A stretch of 64,000 bases of DNA from Candidatus Oxydemutatoraceae bacterium (GTDB taxonomy: Bacteria > Pseudomonadota > Gammaproteobacteria > Poriferisulfidales > Oxydemutatoraceae), in the NCBI GenBank assembly GCA_965218975.1, contig OZ244717.1, positions 32,001 through 96,000 on the forward strand. The letters are read 5' to 3'. This document shows positions 31,554 through 42,916 of this stretch, piece by piece. The position numbers were made by a program, and so were the translations under genes. The notes beneath the pieces were generated by a model. It made no database searches and had not been told where the DNA came from. It worked only from the letters and a program-made list of their open reading frames with translations. Numbering within the stretch: position 1 is the stretch's first letter; each line of letters begins with the position of its first letter.

Positions 31554-32696
31554 TCAGACGTAACCGGCTTGTTTATTGATTGCTTCGGCAATCGCACGTT
31601 CGCCTTCTGAGGCTTCCTCTTCATCCCATTTCGCCAATTCTTGCTTCATCAGACGATGGAATAACAGCGGAAATAACGCCACCGCAAATAAGGTGAAGTA
31701 GCCTCGTTTCGTGTTTGGAGCCCCTACCTCGTCTAATTCCCAAAAATGCGTCTCGCCTCGATCATGATGATCCGCTTGTCTGCCGATCTCAATAAAAAAC
31801 CAACTCGTCAACATCGTCGTGTTGTCCCATGAGTGACGATAGTCTATCGGCTGACCTTTCTCGCGAATCAATCCGTAGTGCTCCAGGTAGTTCAATGCTT
31901 CCAACTCAAAGTTGGATACAATCCATACTACCGCCAGACAAGCCATACCGACCCAGCCGCCTACCAACCAAAACAAAAATATGCTCGGTAAACTCATCGC
32001 ATAACCGCGCAACCAGCGGTTTTGCCACGACAAAAACGGAACGCCTAAACGTGACAGACGTTGCTCTTCCATCCCATACAAAAACTTCGATTGACCAAAA
32101 TAGGATTTCGGAAAGTGCATATACAAACTTCTGCCGCGCGGCGCCGTCGCCGGGTCGTCTTCACAACCTAGTTCCAAATGATGGTTATACACATGCGCAT
32201 AGCAAAAATGCGACGAACCGCTCAACGCCATCATCCAACGGGCAATCACAAAACTAAACCCTTTGGTGTGAGCTAACTCATGACCGTAGATAATGCCGAT
32301 GCCGGCAAAAATTGCCGACGAAATGACCGCACCGACTAATTGAGTGCCGGTTATCCCTTGATAAACCGTGATGCCGAACATTTCACCGACTCCTAAAGGA
32401 ACACCTGCGGTATATTCATAGATGCGCCATGCCAGATTGATTTGCAATAATACAAATATCCCAAGCATCGCATACATTATCGCATTATGAAACGGCACCA
32501 CTCCATATGTGTCTCCGGTCTCATCGTAACCTGCACCTTGAGTTCTTTGCATCGCTATGGTATCCAAAAATATACCTAACCCGAGCAGAAACAAACCCGT
32601 CCATGTCCACGGGCCGCCAATGAATACACCATACATCGCAATCAGAATAAATAGCGGCGCTATCAGATAACGTATGTTGATTAGAAATTTTTCCAT
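31554..32696 (-). CDS. Membrane di-iron monooxygenase, XylM/CymAa/AlkB family
   Basis: His boxes HELAH, HVYNHH, NYLEHYG, RQADHHD; the last is the XylM/CymAa-type variant. Confidence 0.88.
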   Translation of the reverse strand: MEKFLINIRYLIAPLFILIAMYGVFIGGPWTWTGLFLLGLGIFLDTIAMQRTQGAGYDETGDTYGVVPFHNAIMYAMLGIFVLLQINLAWRIYEYTAGVPLGVGEMFGITVYQGITGTQLVGAVISSAIFAGIGIIYGHELAHTKGFSFVIARWMMALSGSSHFCYAHVYNHHLELGCEDDPATAPRGRSLYMHFPKSYFGQSKFLYGMEEQRLSRLGVPFLSWQNRWLRGYAMSLPSIFLFWLVGGWVGMACLAVVWIVSNFELEALNYLEHYGLIREKGQPIDYRHSWDNTTMLTSWFFIEIGRQADHHDRGETHFWELDEVGAPNTKRGYFTLFAVALFPLLFHRLMKQELAKWDEEEASEGERAIAEAINKQAGYV

Positions 32697-32784
32697 TTTT
32701 TTCTCCTTTTTTATCCCTTTATAAAATGGGTCACATAATGGTTACTGTAGCCAACAGCAAGTCTTATAACAATGTTTTGTTTTA

Positions 32785-32803
32785 CTTTTGTCCTAGACAA
32801 AAG
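32785..32803. promoter_or_regulatory. Candidate operator (inverted repeat) between the monooxygenase and the MerR regulator
   Basis: CTTTTGTC-cta-GACAAAAG perfect 8-bp inverted repeat in a divergent promoter region. Confidence 0.4.
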
Positions 32804-32907
32804 CTTAGTAAACAACGTAGAATTCTTGAAAAATCTGGTACAAACGCTATTAGACTATAAACAGAAAATGGACAACTTAATATAAAAAATTTAATTATTA
32901 AATTAAT

Positions 32908-33852
32908 ATGACAGAAGAAGCGGGCAAAAAACATCCGATCCGGGTTGTCGCACGATATACCAACTTGAATGTCGACCGAATCCGCGCTTGGGAAAAACGT
33001 TATAAAGTGGTCAGCCCAAAACGAGATGCCAGCGGCAGACGTTTATATAGCGATCAAGATATCGAACGGCTGACATTGCTCAAACAGGTTTCAGAATTCG
33101 GCAGACGTATCAGTGAAATCGTTCATTTATCCACCGATAGCCTGAAAAACATGTTGCGCGAAGATGCGATTAAAGAATCTGCCGTTAAAGAAGCCCAAAC
33201 GCGTCCTAGTACCGGCGTGGTAATGGAATATTTTGATGTGTGCTTTGATGCGATCAAAAGCTTGAACACTAGCATATTTTACGCAAATTTCTTGCGTGCA
33301 AACGAAGCTTTAGGCCCGATATTCCTCACTGAGGAATTATTATCACCATTAATCATGCATGTTTCGGAAGAATGCCGTCGCGGTAATTTACAGAATGTAC
33401 ATTCACAAATGTGCAAAGAAATCATGCATGCTTGTCTATTACTATTATGTCCGCTCGGAAAATCTTCCGACACCAGATTCAGTACGGTTGTCTGCTCTTT
33501 GGAACAGGACCCTGAATTGATAAGTTGGCGGAGTGCGGCAATTGCCGGCATCTCCGGTTGGAATCCTATTTGCCTCGGAGAACTAGTTGACGTCGACAAA
33601 ATTCGTGATGCGGTTGAAATTAGCAATTCGCTCGCCGTCATTATCGGCTTTGGCACCGATAGCGAAAACTTTCAGACTCCGAATCAGTTACGTTGGCTAA
33701 AAACCTTGCTATTGAATAATACAGCACTGATTGTAAATTTACCGCAGACTTCTTCGTATCGGTTTGCTTTAAAAGAAATCGGTGCATTGGAAGTACACAA
33801 TTTATCCGAATTACGTTATACACTAAATAAACTAGTAGCGAAATTAAATTAA
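32908..33852 (+). CDS. MerR-family regulator with CarH/LitR-like architecture
   Basis: IR.VA....L....IRAWE.RY..V.P.R...GRRLYS..DIERL; helical bundle plus Rossmann-like C-terminus. Confidence 0.85.
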   Translation: MTEEAGKKHPIRVVARYTNLNVDRIRAWEKRYKVVSPKRDASGRRLYSDQDIERLTLLKQVSEFGRRISEIVHLSTDSLKNMLREDAIKESAVKEAQTRPSTGVVMEYFDVCFDAIKSLNTSIFYANFLRANEALGPIFLTEELLSPLIMHVSEECRRGNLQNVHSQMCKEIMHACLLLLCPLGKSSDTRFSTVVCSLEQDPELISWRSAAIAGISGWNPICLGELVDVDKIRDAVEISNSLAVIIGFGTDSENFQTPNQLRWLKTLLLNNTALIVNLPQTSSYRFALKEIGALEVHNLSELRYTLNKLVAKLN

Positions 33853-33859
33853 ATTAGAT

Positions 33860-34195
33860 ATGACGGAGAACTTTATGCAAACGATAAAAGAAAAAATTGA
33901 AGCGAAGATTCTGAACGCATTACAACCGACTCATTTAGAAGTGATCAATGAAAGCAATAAGCACAATGTCCCATCCGGTTCGGAATCACATTTTAAACTA
34001 ATCATTGTTGCCGATACTTTTGTCAATCAGCCATTGATAGAACGTCATCGTGCCATCAACTATTTACTCGCGGATGAACTTGCAGGAAGCATCCACGCGT
34101 TAGCATTACGTACACTAACTCCCGAAGAATGGCAGACCTGTCATGGCACGGTAAGCTCAACCCCGCCGTGTTTAAGTCAAGCCAAAAAAATTTGA
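33860..34195 (+). CDS. bolA: BolA family protein
   Basis: LEVINES..H, ESHFK, RHR.I, IHAL motifs. Confidence 0.93.
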   Translation: MTENFMQTIKEKIEAKILNALQPTHLEVINESNKHNVPSGSESHFKLIIVADTFVNQPLIERHRAINYLLADELAGSIHALALRTLTPEEWQTCHGTVSSTPPCLSQAKKI

Positions 34196-34196
34196 T

Positions 34197-34487
34197 ATGG
34201 ATACCATTCTCCTTGAGAAATCCCCGGCGCCGGGAAAACTAGAAGTCTTAAATGTGGATGCATGGCCATTGAAAAAATTTCCCGTCGGGGAGCACTTCCA
34301 ACATCACAAGTTAAGCGAAAAATGCTATATCGTTGCCGGTAAAGTCAAATTGGTTGCTGAAGACCAAAAGTCCTTAACCGCTTGGCAAGGAGATTTATTC
34401 ATTATTTCCGCAGATAGTAAAGTGCGATGGTGTGTTATCGAAGCGATTGAATATCATTATTACCAAACACCACTCGTCAACATTTAA
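34197..34487 (+). CDS. Cupin domain protein (DUF861/EutQ-like)
   Basis: L.V..WP, E.CYI..GKV, GDL, W.V...I..HY motifs. Confidence 0.75.
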   Translation: MDTILLEKSPAPGKLEVLNVDAWPLKKFPVGEHFQHHKLSEKCYIVAGKVKLVAEDQKSLTAWQGDLFIISADSKVRWCVIEAIEYHYYQTPLVNI

Positions 34488-34495
34488 TCTGTGAT

Positions 34496-35065
34496 TCATG
34501 CGTAGTCAATAATCCGAATTTTTCCCTCATTGTTACGAATGATTTCCCCCTGATGCAGATGGAAACATCCTTGGTTGCAATCCTCAAAATATAGTTCCAA
34601 CGATCGCTTTACGACCGGAAAAGCAATTCCATTCCATGGAATATCCTGTTTGTCACAAAGCATTGTTAGCGAAGTTTCGCTATTCGCTTTAGCTTTGCCA
34701 TCTTTTAGGACCCCGCGATAGACCATATACACCTGATCAACATACTTTAACGTATAGATACTGTGTAATTCCAATGCCTCCGATCGCGCAAATGCCTCCT
34801 CCCATGATTCACGTGCCGCCGCTTCGGAAACCGACTCTGATTTTTCCATAAAGCCTGCCGGTATCGTCCAATAACCAAGTTTCGGTTCTATCGAACGCTT
34901 ACACAGAAGTACTTTGTCATCCCACTCTAAGATGCAACCCGCAACAATCTTAGGATTTTGATAAAAAATGGCTTTGCATTCTTCGCATATATGCCGCGGG
35001 CGATTGTCCTCCTTTGGAGTTTTTAGGCGAATAGTTGACGAACCGCATTCACTACAGAAATTCAT
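34496..35065 (-). CDS. Zinc-ribbon NUDIX hydrolase
   Basis: FCSECG, C..C..IFYQNPK, PAGFME..E....AA.RE..EE motifs. Confidence 0.92.
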   Translation of the reverse strand: MNFCSECGSSTIRLKTPKEDNRPRHICEECKAIFYQNPKIVAGCILEWDDKVLLCKRSIEPKLGYWTIPAGFMEKSESVSEAAARESWEEAFARSEALELHSIYTLKYVDQVYMVYRGVLKDGKAKANSETSLTMLCDKQDIPWNGIAFPVVKRSLELYFEDCNQGCFHLHQGEIIRNNEGKIRIIDYA

Positions 35066-35068
35066 AAC

Positions 35069-35938
35069 TCATACGCTGCCCGGTTCGTCACCTTGTACAC
35101 GGGGACGATGCGACGAACGTATCCATTCGCTCCATGAGCCGACATATAGGTGTGTATCGGGGAAACCTGCTATTTTCATCGCCAACACATTATGACAAGC
35201 GGTGACTCCCGATCCGCATGAGTGAATCGTCGTTGGTTTCTGCAATTTTTCAAACATCTCGCGCAGTTGTTGTGGTGGTAAAAAACACCCTTCATCATCA
35301 AGGTTCTTAGTCAAGGAATGATTAATCGCGGTTGGTATATGTCCGCCCTCCTTGTCAACCGTTTCCTTCTCTCCGCTATATCTTGCCGGAGTACGCGAAT
35401 CAATAATCACAACATCCTTATTTCCTAATGAGCGCTCAACTTGGTCGGCACTGACCTGAAGCCGATCATTACAACGGAAATCAAAATCACCGGTAGTGCT
35501 CGAATTACTAGAAGGCAGCCACTCGCCTGACTTCAACGGCTTATGCTCCGTATGCCATTTGTCGATACCGCCGTCAAGCACTGCAACAGCTTCATGTTGC
35601 AACCAACGTAACAGCCACCAAAAGCGACCGGCAATAGAGCCCGATACATCATCGTACACAACCACTTGGGAATTTCGACTGACGCCCCAATCTTTTAATT
35701 TGTCGACAAGTTGATGCGGGTCCGGCAGAGGATGTCTACCCGTTTCGGCAGTGGACGGAGATGATAAATCCTTATCTAAATCCGCGTAACGCGCGTTTGG
35801 AATATGATTCTCAAGATATTTCTGTCTGCCTAAATCAGGCTTCCCCAAAACAAAACGGCAATCAAAAACCACCCAGTCGGGATAATCAATATGTTGTAAA
35901 AGCCGGTCGGTTGAAATAATCGTATTATACATCGTCAA
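35069..35938 (-). CDS. sseA: Thiosulfate/3-mercaptopyruvate sulfurtransferase
   Basis: GRHPLP, LDGG, CGSGVTAC, Y.GSWSEW motifs. Confidence 0.88.
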   Translation of the reverse strand: MTMYNTIISTDRLLQHIDYPDWVVFDCRFVLGKPDLGRQKYLENHIPNARYADLDKDLSSPSTAETGRHPLPDPHQLVDKLKDWGVSRNSQVVVYDDVSGSIAGRFWWLLRWLQHEAVAVLDGGIDKWHTEHKPLKSGEWLPSSNSSTTGDFDFRCNDRLQVSADQVERSLGNKDVVIIDSRTPARYSGEKETVDKEGGHIPTAINHSLTKNLDDEGCFLPPQQLREMFEKLQKPTTIHSCGSGVTACHNVLAMKIAGFPDTHLYVGSWSEWIRSSHRPRVQGDEPGSV

Positions 35939-35940
35939 AC

Positions 35941-36132
35941 CTACTTATCCGTCGCAACTGAAATAGATTCCCGCCTTGATCCCTTGCGACTACAAATATG
36001 AGGGTTCGAGCAAGCAGCACAATTAATACCGCCGCAACTGCCGCGTATACGCTTATCTTGGATAATCACACCGATCGCCATCGCCGCTACCACCAACAAA
36101 GTTAATATGAATGCCAAAAAATAAATGATCAC
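35941..36132 (-). CDS. nqrM: Na+-NQR maturation factor NqrM
   Basis: MAIGV....K.I.GSCGG plus Cys cluster. Confidence 0.88.
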   Translation of the reverse strand: MIIYFLAFILTLLVVAAMAIGVIIQDKRIRGSCGGINCAACSNPHICSRKGSRRESISVATDK

Positions 36133-36267
36133 TTTCTCATTCCCGTATGTATCTTACATTAGAATCATACCACTGTGGAAATTATTATAATTCCCAGCGT
36201 CTTGCATAATTCTCGTCCATATTGCCATGCAATATTCAGACCTTGACTACTTTGCTTAATCGTACTC

Positions 36268-37413
36268 TTACTCATGCAACAGATCCATTTGCTCCGGTAC
36301 TTTGCTTGCACCTGATTGACACAGACCCGATACCGTTACCCCCAGCAAGCGAATAGGTTTTCCTACTGTCAGTGACTTTTGAAGCAATTCCGGTAATAAT
36401 CCGTACAGTTCATACAAACCGCTTAACGGCTGCGCCAAAGTTTGGCTACGGGTGACTTGTTGGAAATCGGAAAACTTTACTTTGACCGTCACCGTTTGAC
36501 CGGTCATTTTCTTTTGAACCAATGTTTTAGCAACTTCGCGCGCACGCTGTTTTAATAGCAACAGCATCATTTGAGTATCCGTTAAGTCTTTTTCAAAAGT
36601 CTTTTCCGACCCGATGGATTTTCGAACCCGACTTGCAACCACCGGACGTTCGTCAATACCAAAAGCAGCATTATAATAATAAGCGCCGACCTTACCGAAC
36701 TCTGCGATCAAACCTTGCATTGACCAACGTTGCAAATCACGACCAAATTCAATCCCTAATGAGTGCATACGCTTCGCCGTCGCCTTGCCGACGCCATAAA
36801 ATTTAATGACCGGCAATTGCGCCGCAAATGCCTCACCTTGCTTGGGCTTGATTGTGTACAATCCGTCGGGCTTACCCGCATCAGAGGCGATTTTTGCAAG
36901 AAATTTATTATAAGAAACGCCGGCAGATGCCGTTAGACGAGTACGTTTTTTGATTTGAACTTTAATTTCTTGCGCCAAAACGGTTGCCGAGCATCGGCTT
37001 GTTCGGGTATATTCGCTGACATCTAAGTACCCTTCATCCAATGACAAAGGTTCAACGAGATCAGTGTAGCTATAAAAAATATCCAAAATTTCGCGTGAAA
37101 CCGCACGGTAAGTTTCAAACCTTGGCTTGATAAAAATCGCATGGGGGCATAATTTTGCCGCCTTTGACGAAGCAATTGCGGATGAAATGCCAAATTGACG
37201 TGCTATATAGTTGCAGGTCGCAACCACACCGCGACGTGACGGTAAACCGCCAATAATAACCGGATTTCCGGCCAATTCGGGAAAATCTCGCTCTTCAATT
37301 GCCGCATAAAACGCATCCATATCAATGTGAATAATCTTCCTGCCGACAGTGTTACGCGACATGCTGAAAATTATATTTTCCGACCCATCATTCTCCATAA
37401 ATAAAGACTTCAA
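36268..37413 (-). CDS. dinB: DNA polymerase IV
   Basis: IIHIDMDAFYAAIE, SLDE.YLD, NKFLAKIASD..KPDG motifs. Confidence 0.95.
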   Translation of the reverse strand: MKSLFMENDGSENIIFSMSRNTVGRKIIHIDMDAFYAAIEERDFPELAGNPVIIGGLPSRRGVVATCNYIARQFGISSAIASSKAAKLCPHAIFIKPRFETYRAVSREILDIFYSYTDLVEPLSLDEGYLDVSEYTRTSRCSATVLAQEIKVQIKKRTRLTASAGVSYNKFLAKIASDAGKPDGLYTIKPKQGEAFAAQLPVIKFYGVGKATAKRMHSLGIEFGRDLQRWSMQGLIAEFGKVGAYYYNAAFGIDERPVVASRVRKSIGSEKTFEKDLTDTQMMLLLLKQRAREVAKTLVQKKMTGQTVTVKVKFSDFQQVTRSQTLAQPLSGLYELYGLLPELLQKSLTVGKPIRLLGVTVSGLCQSGASKVPEQMDLLHE

Positions 37414-37416
37414 TAA

Positions 37417-38436
37417 TCACAAATATTCTTCAAACGCATCGCTCCATTTGCCGACAAATTCGTCCCCCTTGCGCAGGAGAAAGTAAGCAGCAATATTCTT
37501 AGACTGAGCGGATTTCAACCCTCGTTCCTCACCCAATATTAAAAATGCCGTCGCCCACGTGTCTGCTTTCATTGTGTTTTCCGCAATCACACTAACCGAA
37601 GCAACACGATGCGTAATCGGCCTACCCGTTGTCGGATCAATGCCGTGTGAGTATTTTTTGCCGCCAAACTCGCGATAGTTTCGATAATCACCCGAAGTAG
37701 CAATCGCCGCATGGTTAAGGTGTACTACTTGTACGATTGATCGCGATGTATCGGGGGTTTCAATTCCAACCCGCCATATTTCACCATCGGGATTTACCCC
37801 GCGCGCGCGTAGCTCACCGCCGATCTCAACTAGATAATTAGCAATTCCTTTAGCATCCAGCAATCGGGCAATTTGATCCACCGCATATCCTTTGGCAATG
37901 GCAGACACGTCTATCGCCAAATCGGGAATATCCTTTTTAATCATTGCGGGGTCCGAACTGATCGCCAAATGCCGATAGCCAATATGCCGCAAACGCTCGT
38001 TAATCTCCAAATCCGTCGGAAGTTTATCAGACATGGACTCCGGTCCGAATCCCCACAAATTGACGATGGGTCCTACCGTGACATCAAATGCCCCATTACT
38101 CAAATGGCTGATGCGTTGCGCCATAGTCAGCACTTCAACCAATGGCTTGGATACCGGCTGCCATTGCGTGCTACGAGAACGATTAAACAGACTGATTTCG
38201 GAATCGTCAATGTACGTTGACATTGAAGCATTCACTTGGCTAAGACTTTGCTCAATCAACACTTCCAGATTAACGACATTTATCTTGTCCCGCGGTTCGG
38301 CAATTGTAACCGAATAGCTGGTACCCATTGTTTTACCCGAAAACAATACAGGCGATTGCTGACACGAAGCCAGCAATCCGAAAACCAGCATCGCCGTCAC
38401 AATAGATAAGTGCGTCTGCTTACCGCGCCGTAACAC
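37417..38436 (-). CDS. apbE: FAD:protein FMN transferase (lipoprotein)
   Basis: LASC lipobox; GKTMGT.Y, AIAKGYAVD, ATSGDYRN motifs; start uncertain. Confidence 0.93.
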   Translation of the reverse strand: MLRRGKQTHLSIVTAMLVFGLLASCQQSPVLFSGKTMGTSYSVTIAEPRDKINVVNLEVLIEQSLSQVNASMSTYIDDSEISLFNRSRSTQWQPVSKPLVEVLTMAQRISHLSNGAFDVTVGPIVNLWGFGPESMSDKLPTDLEINERLRHIGYRHLAISSDPAMIKKDIPDLAIDVSAIAKGYAVDQIARLLDAKGIANYLVEIGGELRARGVNPDGEIWRVGIETPDTSRSIVQVVHLNHAAIATSGDYRNYREFGGKKYSHGIDPTTGRPITHRVASVSVIAENTMKADTWATAFLILGEERGLKSAQSKNIAAYFLLRKGDEFVGKWSDAFEEYL

Positions 38437-38440
38437 CCCG

Positions 38441-39658
38441 TCAACCTCCAAAATCGTCAAACAGAATATTTTCTTCGTCAACACTCAACGAATCCAACAT
38501 ATTAATCACCGCCGTATTCATCATCGGCGGCCCGCAGATATAGTACTCACAATCTTCCGGCGCGGAATGTTGTGACAAATAATTGTCATACAGCGCTTGA
38601 TGGATAAATCCCGTATGACCCTTCCAATCGTCCTCCGGTTGAGGATCGGAAAGTGCGATATGCCAATCAAAATTCGAATGCATTTTTGCCAGTTGATTAA
38701 AATCTTCCACAAAAAATAACTCTCTGTAACTACGCGCGCCGTACCAAAAGCTAATCTTACGTTGACTCTGTAAACGTTTTAACTGATCAAGAATATGCGA
38801 ACGCATCGGCGCCATACCGGCGCCACCTCCGACAAAAATCATCTCGTTTACCGTATCACGCGCAAAAAAGTCCCCAAACGGACCGGATACTACGATCTTA
38901 TCGCCCGGTTTAAGACCGAACAAGTAAGACGACGCCTGACCAGGGGGCAAGTTAGGTTTCGGCGGTGTTGCGATACGCACATTAAGCATGATGATTCCCT
39001 TCTCATCGGGATAATTTGCCATTGAATAAGCACGAGAAATTGTTTCCGTTACGGTCGACTTGTACTGCCAAAGATTAAATTTATCCCACGCGTCACGGTA
39101 TTCGTCCGCAACCGCAAAATCAGTGAATTTTACATGGTGGGCAGGACATTCTATCTGCACATATCCGCCAGCACGGAAATCAATATTTGCTCTGGGCTCT
39201 AATTTCAGAACTAAGTTTTTAATAAAAGTGGCGACGTTGCGATTGGAACGCACCGTGCACTCCCATTGAGCGCAACCGAAAACCTCCGGGTCAACTTCAA
39301 TCTCCATATTACGCTTAACAGTAACCTGGCACGATAAGCGATTGCCTTCACGCGATTGCCGCGGCGTGATATAAGTGGTTTCAGTCGGCAGCAAGCTGCC
39401 GCCGCCGGAGAATATTTTGACTCGGCATTGTCCGCAGGTCCCACCGCCGCCGCAAGCGGATGAAACAAACAGATTGTTTGACGCTAAACCGGTCAGTAAT
39501 TTTGTTCCAACCGGAATCAGCACTTCTTTTTCTTTATTCACACGTACTGTAGCTTGACCGGTGGCAACCAGCTTGCTTCTCGCAATCAGGATAAAGAAGA
39601 CCAAAAAAAGCACTACTAAAGTAAACAAACTAATGCCTAAACCGATTTCTATCAGCAC
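38441..39658 (-). CDS. nqrF: Na+-translocating NADH:quinone reductase subunit F
   Basis: [31 protein letters not shown] motifs; ends DDFGG. Confidence 0.97.
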   Translation of the reverse strand: MLIEIGLGISLFTLVVLFLVFFILIARSKLVATGQATVRVNKEKEVLIPVGTKLLTGLASNNLFVSSACGGGGTCGQCRVKIFSGGGSLLPTETTYITPRQSREGNRLSCQVTVKRNMEIEVDPEVFGCAQWECTVRSNRNVATFIKNLVLKLEPRANIDFRAGGYVQIECPAHHVKFTDFAVADEYRDAWDKFNLWQYKSTVTETISRAYSMANYPDEKGIIMLNVRIATPPKPNLPPGQASSYLFGLKPGDKIVVSGPFGDFFARDTVNEMIFVGGGAGMAPMRSHILDQLKRLQSQRKISFWYGARSYRELFFVEDFNQLAKMHSNFDWHIALSDPQPEDDWKGHTGFIHQALYDNYLSQHSAPEDCEYYICGPPMMNTAVINMLDSLSVDEENILFDDFGG

Positions 39659-39665
39659 TTCGACC

Positions 39666-40274
39666 TCACAATTGAATACCGGAAAATGCCATGAACCCCA
39701 ACGACATCAGACCTACCGTGATGAAAGTAATACCAAGTCCGCGTAAACCATCGGGCACGTCGTTATATTTTAGTTTCTCGCGAATACATGCCAGTGCAAT
39801 GATCGCAAGCGCCCAACCACCACCGCTACCAATTCCATATATGACGCTCTCGGCAAAATCATAGCTACGCTCCATCATAAATAAAGATCCTCCGAGAATC
39901 GCACAATTTACTGTAATAAGAGGCAGGAATATACCTAGTGCGTTATACAGAGAAGGAAAATATCGGTCCAGCAGCATTTCAAGAATTTGCACGATAGCCG
40001 CAATTACGCCGATGTAGCTTAGCAGAGCTAAAAAAGATAAATCCACTTCCGGCAACCCCATCCAAGCGAGGGCGCCTTTTTTCAATAGCCATTCGTAAAT
40101 CAAATTGTTGGCGGGTACGGTGATTCCTTGCACGATAATTACCGCGACCCCCAAACCAATCGCATTTTCAATCTTCTTTGAAATAGCAAGAAAAGTACAC
40201 ATTCCCAGAAAGAAAGAAAGTGCGAGATTTTCAACAAATATCGCCCGTATTGCCAAACTGATATATGCTTCCAT
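39666..40274 (-). CDS. nqrE: Na+-NQR subunit E
   Basis: [19 protein letters not shown] motifs; ends FSGIQL. Confidence 0.97.
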   Translation of the reverse strand: MEAYISLAIRAIFVENLALSFFLGMCTFLAISKKIENAIGLGVAVIIVQGITVPANNLIYEWLLKKGALAWMGLPEVDLSFLALLSYIGVIAAIVQILEMLLDRYFPSLYNALGIFLPLITVNCAILGGSLFMMERSYDFAESVIYGIGSGGGWALAIIALACIREKLKYNDVPDGLRGLGITFITVGLMSLGFMAFSGIQL

Positions 40275-40282
40275 AATTTGAT

Positions 40283-40939
40283 CTACGCTGCCGTTTTCTT
40301 CGGTACTTGAATTTGAAATTCAATTTGCTCGATTTGCACCGGGCGATAGGTGCGAATGACCCAAATCATTAAACCGATAATAAAGAAAGCACTAGGCGGT
40401 AATAACAACAGACCATTCGGCTGGTACCAACCGCCATCGGCAACCAAAGAAAGTATCGGATAGCCAAGCAAGGTTCCCGAACCAAACAATTCACGTATTG
40501 TGCCGACCACCACCAATACAAGACTGTAGCCCAAACCGTTGCCGAGACCGTCCAAGAAGCTGAGCCCCGGCGGATTTTTCATCGCATACGCCTCTGCTCG
40601 TCCCAACACGATACAGTTTGTAATAATTAAACCCACAAACACCGACAACACTTTACTTATTTCATAAACGTATGCCTTCAATATTTGATCGACCACAATC
40701 ACCAAAGATGAAATAATCGTCATTTGCACAATGATCCGAATGTTTACCGGAACATGGTGACGAATCATGCTGATTGAAGCATTGGAGAGTGCGACTACCG
40801 AAGTAAGCGCAAGACACATTACCAAAGATGCTCCAAGCGTAGTCGTGACAGCAAGTGCGGAACAAATGCCAAGTATCTGCAGAGTAATCGGATTGTCATC
40901 CACCAACGGGTCAAGCAATACTTTTTTTCTCTTACTCAT
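40283..40939 (-). CDS. nqrD: Na+-NQR subunit D
   Basis: [30 protein letters not shown] motifs. Confidence 0.97.
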   Translation of the reverse strand: MSKRKKVLLDPLVDDNPITLQILGICSALAVTTTLGASLVMCLALTSVVALSNASISMIRHHVPVNIRIIVQMTIISSLVIVVDQILKAYVYEISKVLSVFVGLIITNCIVLGRAEAYAMKNPPGLSFLDGLGNGLGYSLVLVVVGTIRELFGSGTLLGYPILSLVADGGWYQPNGLLLLPPSAFFIIGLMIWVIRTYRPVQIEQIEFQIQVPKKTAA

Positions 40940-40944
40940 AGCAA

Positions 40945-41709
40945 TTAACTGATTTCTCCCTGTTGTATCCGTTCAAGAAAAGCTGAATAGCCGAGTTCTC
41001 CGCTCCAGAAACGCACCAACCGACTCACTCCTATACTTGTCAATGTGGCACCCGCTAAGCCGTCAACCTGATAGAGCGCGGTGGGAGAATCGCGTGCAAC
41101 TCTACCTTTAATCACTTCCAAAACGGGAATACCTTGGTCATTGTATAGCCGTTTACCGCGCCATAAGCGTTGCCATTTCGGATTATCCACTTCGCCGCCG
41201 AGTCCCGGTGTTTCCGCATGATCATAAAACTGCAAGCCATAAACCGTTTGCGCATCTTTTTCCAATGCCATATAACCATACAAAGTTGACCACAAGCCAT
41301 AGCCGTGTACCGGCAGAATCACTTTGTCCAAAACTCCTTGTTGGTCACGTGCCAAATAAACCACGACAAACTCCGGAACTTTTCTGATTTTTGCGATATC
41401 TTCTTTCCTATCCAATGTGCGATAAGGGATACTCTCAGCCGGCAATTGCATCGGATCTATCGTTTCAAACGAACCGGTATCCAGCCTGATGACACGCGCT
41501 TCAATTTGTCCGAATACCTTTTCAACCGGGACTGAAGGAATATACAACCCGGCCACCGACAAAATGCTTTTATATCGATCAAGACGCACATTTTCTTCTT
41601 GCAGAGCTCTGAACCCTACCGCTGCGGTTGAAACGACCACCGAACATATCAAACACAATATGATGGTAACCGCCAGAACTTTACCGATGCTTTCATTGGA
41701 CATTGACAT
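40945..41709 (-). CDS. nqrC: Na+-NQR subunit C
   Basis: [27 protein letters not shown] (FMN site). Confidence 0.97.
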   Translation of the reverse strand: MSMSNESIGKVLAVTIILCLICSVVVSTAAVGFRALQEENVRLDRYKSILSVAGLYIPSVPVEKVFGQIEARVIRLDTGSFETIDPMQLPAESIPYRTLDRKEDIAKIRKVPEFVVVYLARDQQGVLDKVILPVHGYGLWSTLYGYMALEKDAQTVYGLQFYDHAETPGLGGEVDNPKWQRLWRGKRLYNDQGIPVLEVIKGRVARDSPTALYQVDGLAGATLTSIGVSRLVRFWSGELGYSAFLERIQQGEIS

Positions 41710-42916
41710 ACCGCTTCATTCGTTGCTGCATATTGAACTGTATAACAAAATAATCAATCAAAGGGGCAAAAATATTCGCAAATAAAATTGCTAACATCAT
41801 GCCCTCCGGAAATGCCGGATTAACCACTCGAATCATGACTGCCATAAACCCAATCAATGCACCGTAAACCCAGCGCCCGGCATCCGTACACGAACCCGAA
41901 ACCGGTTCAGTTGCCATATACACCATGCCGAAAGCGAATCCGCCTAAAACCAAGTGCCAATACCACGGCATAGCAAACATCGGATTCGTTTCACTTCCTA
42001 TCCAATTTAACAATGACGCAGTGGCAATCATGCCTAGCATTACACCGCCGATAATCCGCCACGAAGCAATTCGAGTATATACCAAAAACACCGCCCCGAT
42101 TAAGCATGCCAAAGTGGAAGTTTCACCTAGAGAACCAGGAATTAATCCCAGAAATGATTGCGCCCAGCCGTAGCCGGCAGCAATCGCTTCCGACAAACCC
42201 GATTGTGCCGCAATACCAAGTGCCGTTGCGTTGCTATAGCCATCAACCGCAACCCAAACACTATCGCCGGACATAGATGCGGGGTAGGCAAAATATAGGA
42301 ATACACGTCCGGTCAATGCAGGATTTAAAAAATTTTTACCAGTCCCTCCGAACACTTCTTTGCCAATGACTACACCAAAAGAAATTCCCAATGCAACCAA
42401 CCACAGCGGAATATCCGGAGGTAAAATCAGAGTATAAAGAATAGATGTAACGAGAAATCCTTCATTGACGTCATGCTTTCTTATGATAGCAAACAAAACT
42501 TCCCACCCCCCCCCGACAATCAGTGTCACCATGTAAATCGGAAGAAAATGCAAGAACCCCAACCACAAACATGCCGCAATATTTTGGGGGTCGTGCGGTA
42601 TACCCAGTGCCGCAGTCAATGCACCTTGCCAGCCGGGCAAAGCGCTTATACCGCTAACTACCATGGCAAGATTCGCCTGATAACCAGTATTAAACCACGC
42701 CATAAAAATACACGGGATGGTTGCCAACACTACATAAGACATAACACGCTTGATATCCAAGGCATCACGAATATGCGGCGCACGCTGTGTAACCTGATTT
42801 GTCCAATAAATAAACGTATCTACCATTTCATAAAGCGGATACCACTGATGCCACGCACCCTCTTTGGCAAACTTCTGCGATAACGTACCGGAAAGCTTCT
42901 TTTCTTCAGCCATCAT
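41693..42916 (-). CDS. nqrB: Na+-NQR subunit B
   Basis: [40 protein letters not shown] motifs. Confidence 0.97.
   Translation of the reverse strand: MMAEEKKLSGTLSQKFAKEGAWHQWYPLYEMVDTFIYWTNQVTQRAPHIRDALDIKRVMSYVVLATIPCIFMAWFNTGYQANLAMVVSGISALPGWQGALTAALGIPHDPQNIAACLWLGFLHFLPIYMVTLIVGGGWEVLFAIIRKHDVNEGFLVTSILYTLILPPDIPLWLVALGISFGVVIGKEVFGGTGKNFLNPALTGRVFLYFAYPASMSGDSVWVAVDGYSNATALGIAAQSGLSEAIAAGYGWAQSFLGLIPGSLGETSTLACLIGAVFLVYTRIASWRIIGGVMLGMIATASLLNWIGSETNPMFAMPWYWHLVLGGFAFGMVYMATEPVSGSCTDAGRWVYGALIGFMAVMIRVVNPAFPEGMMLAILFANIFAPLIDYFVIQFNMQQRMKRYVNVQ

Noticed and set aside
42506-42514. C9 homopolymer in nqrB as a phase-variation tract
   Set aside because: In frame (Gly-Gly-Gly) in a core respiratory gene, with no evidence of variation from one sequence.
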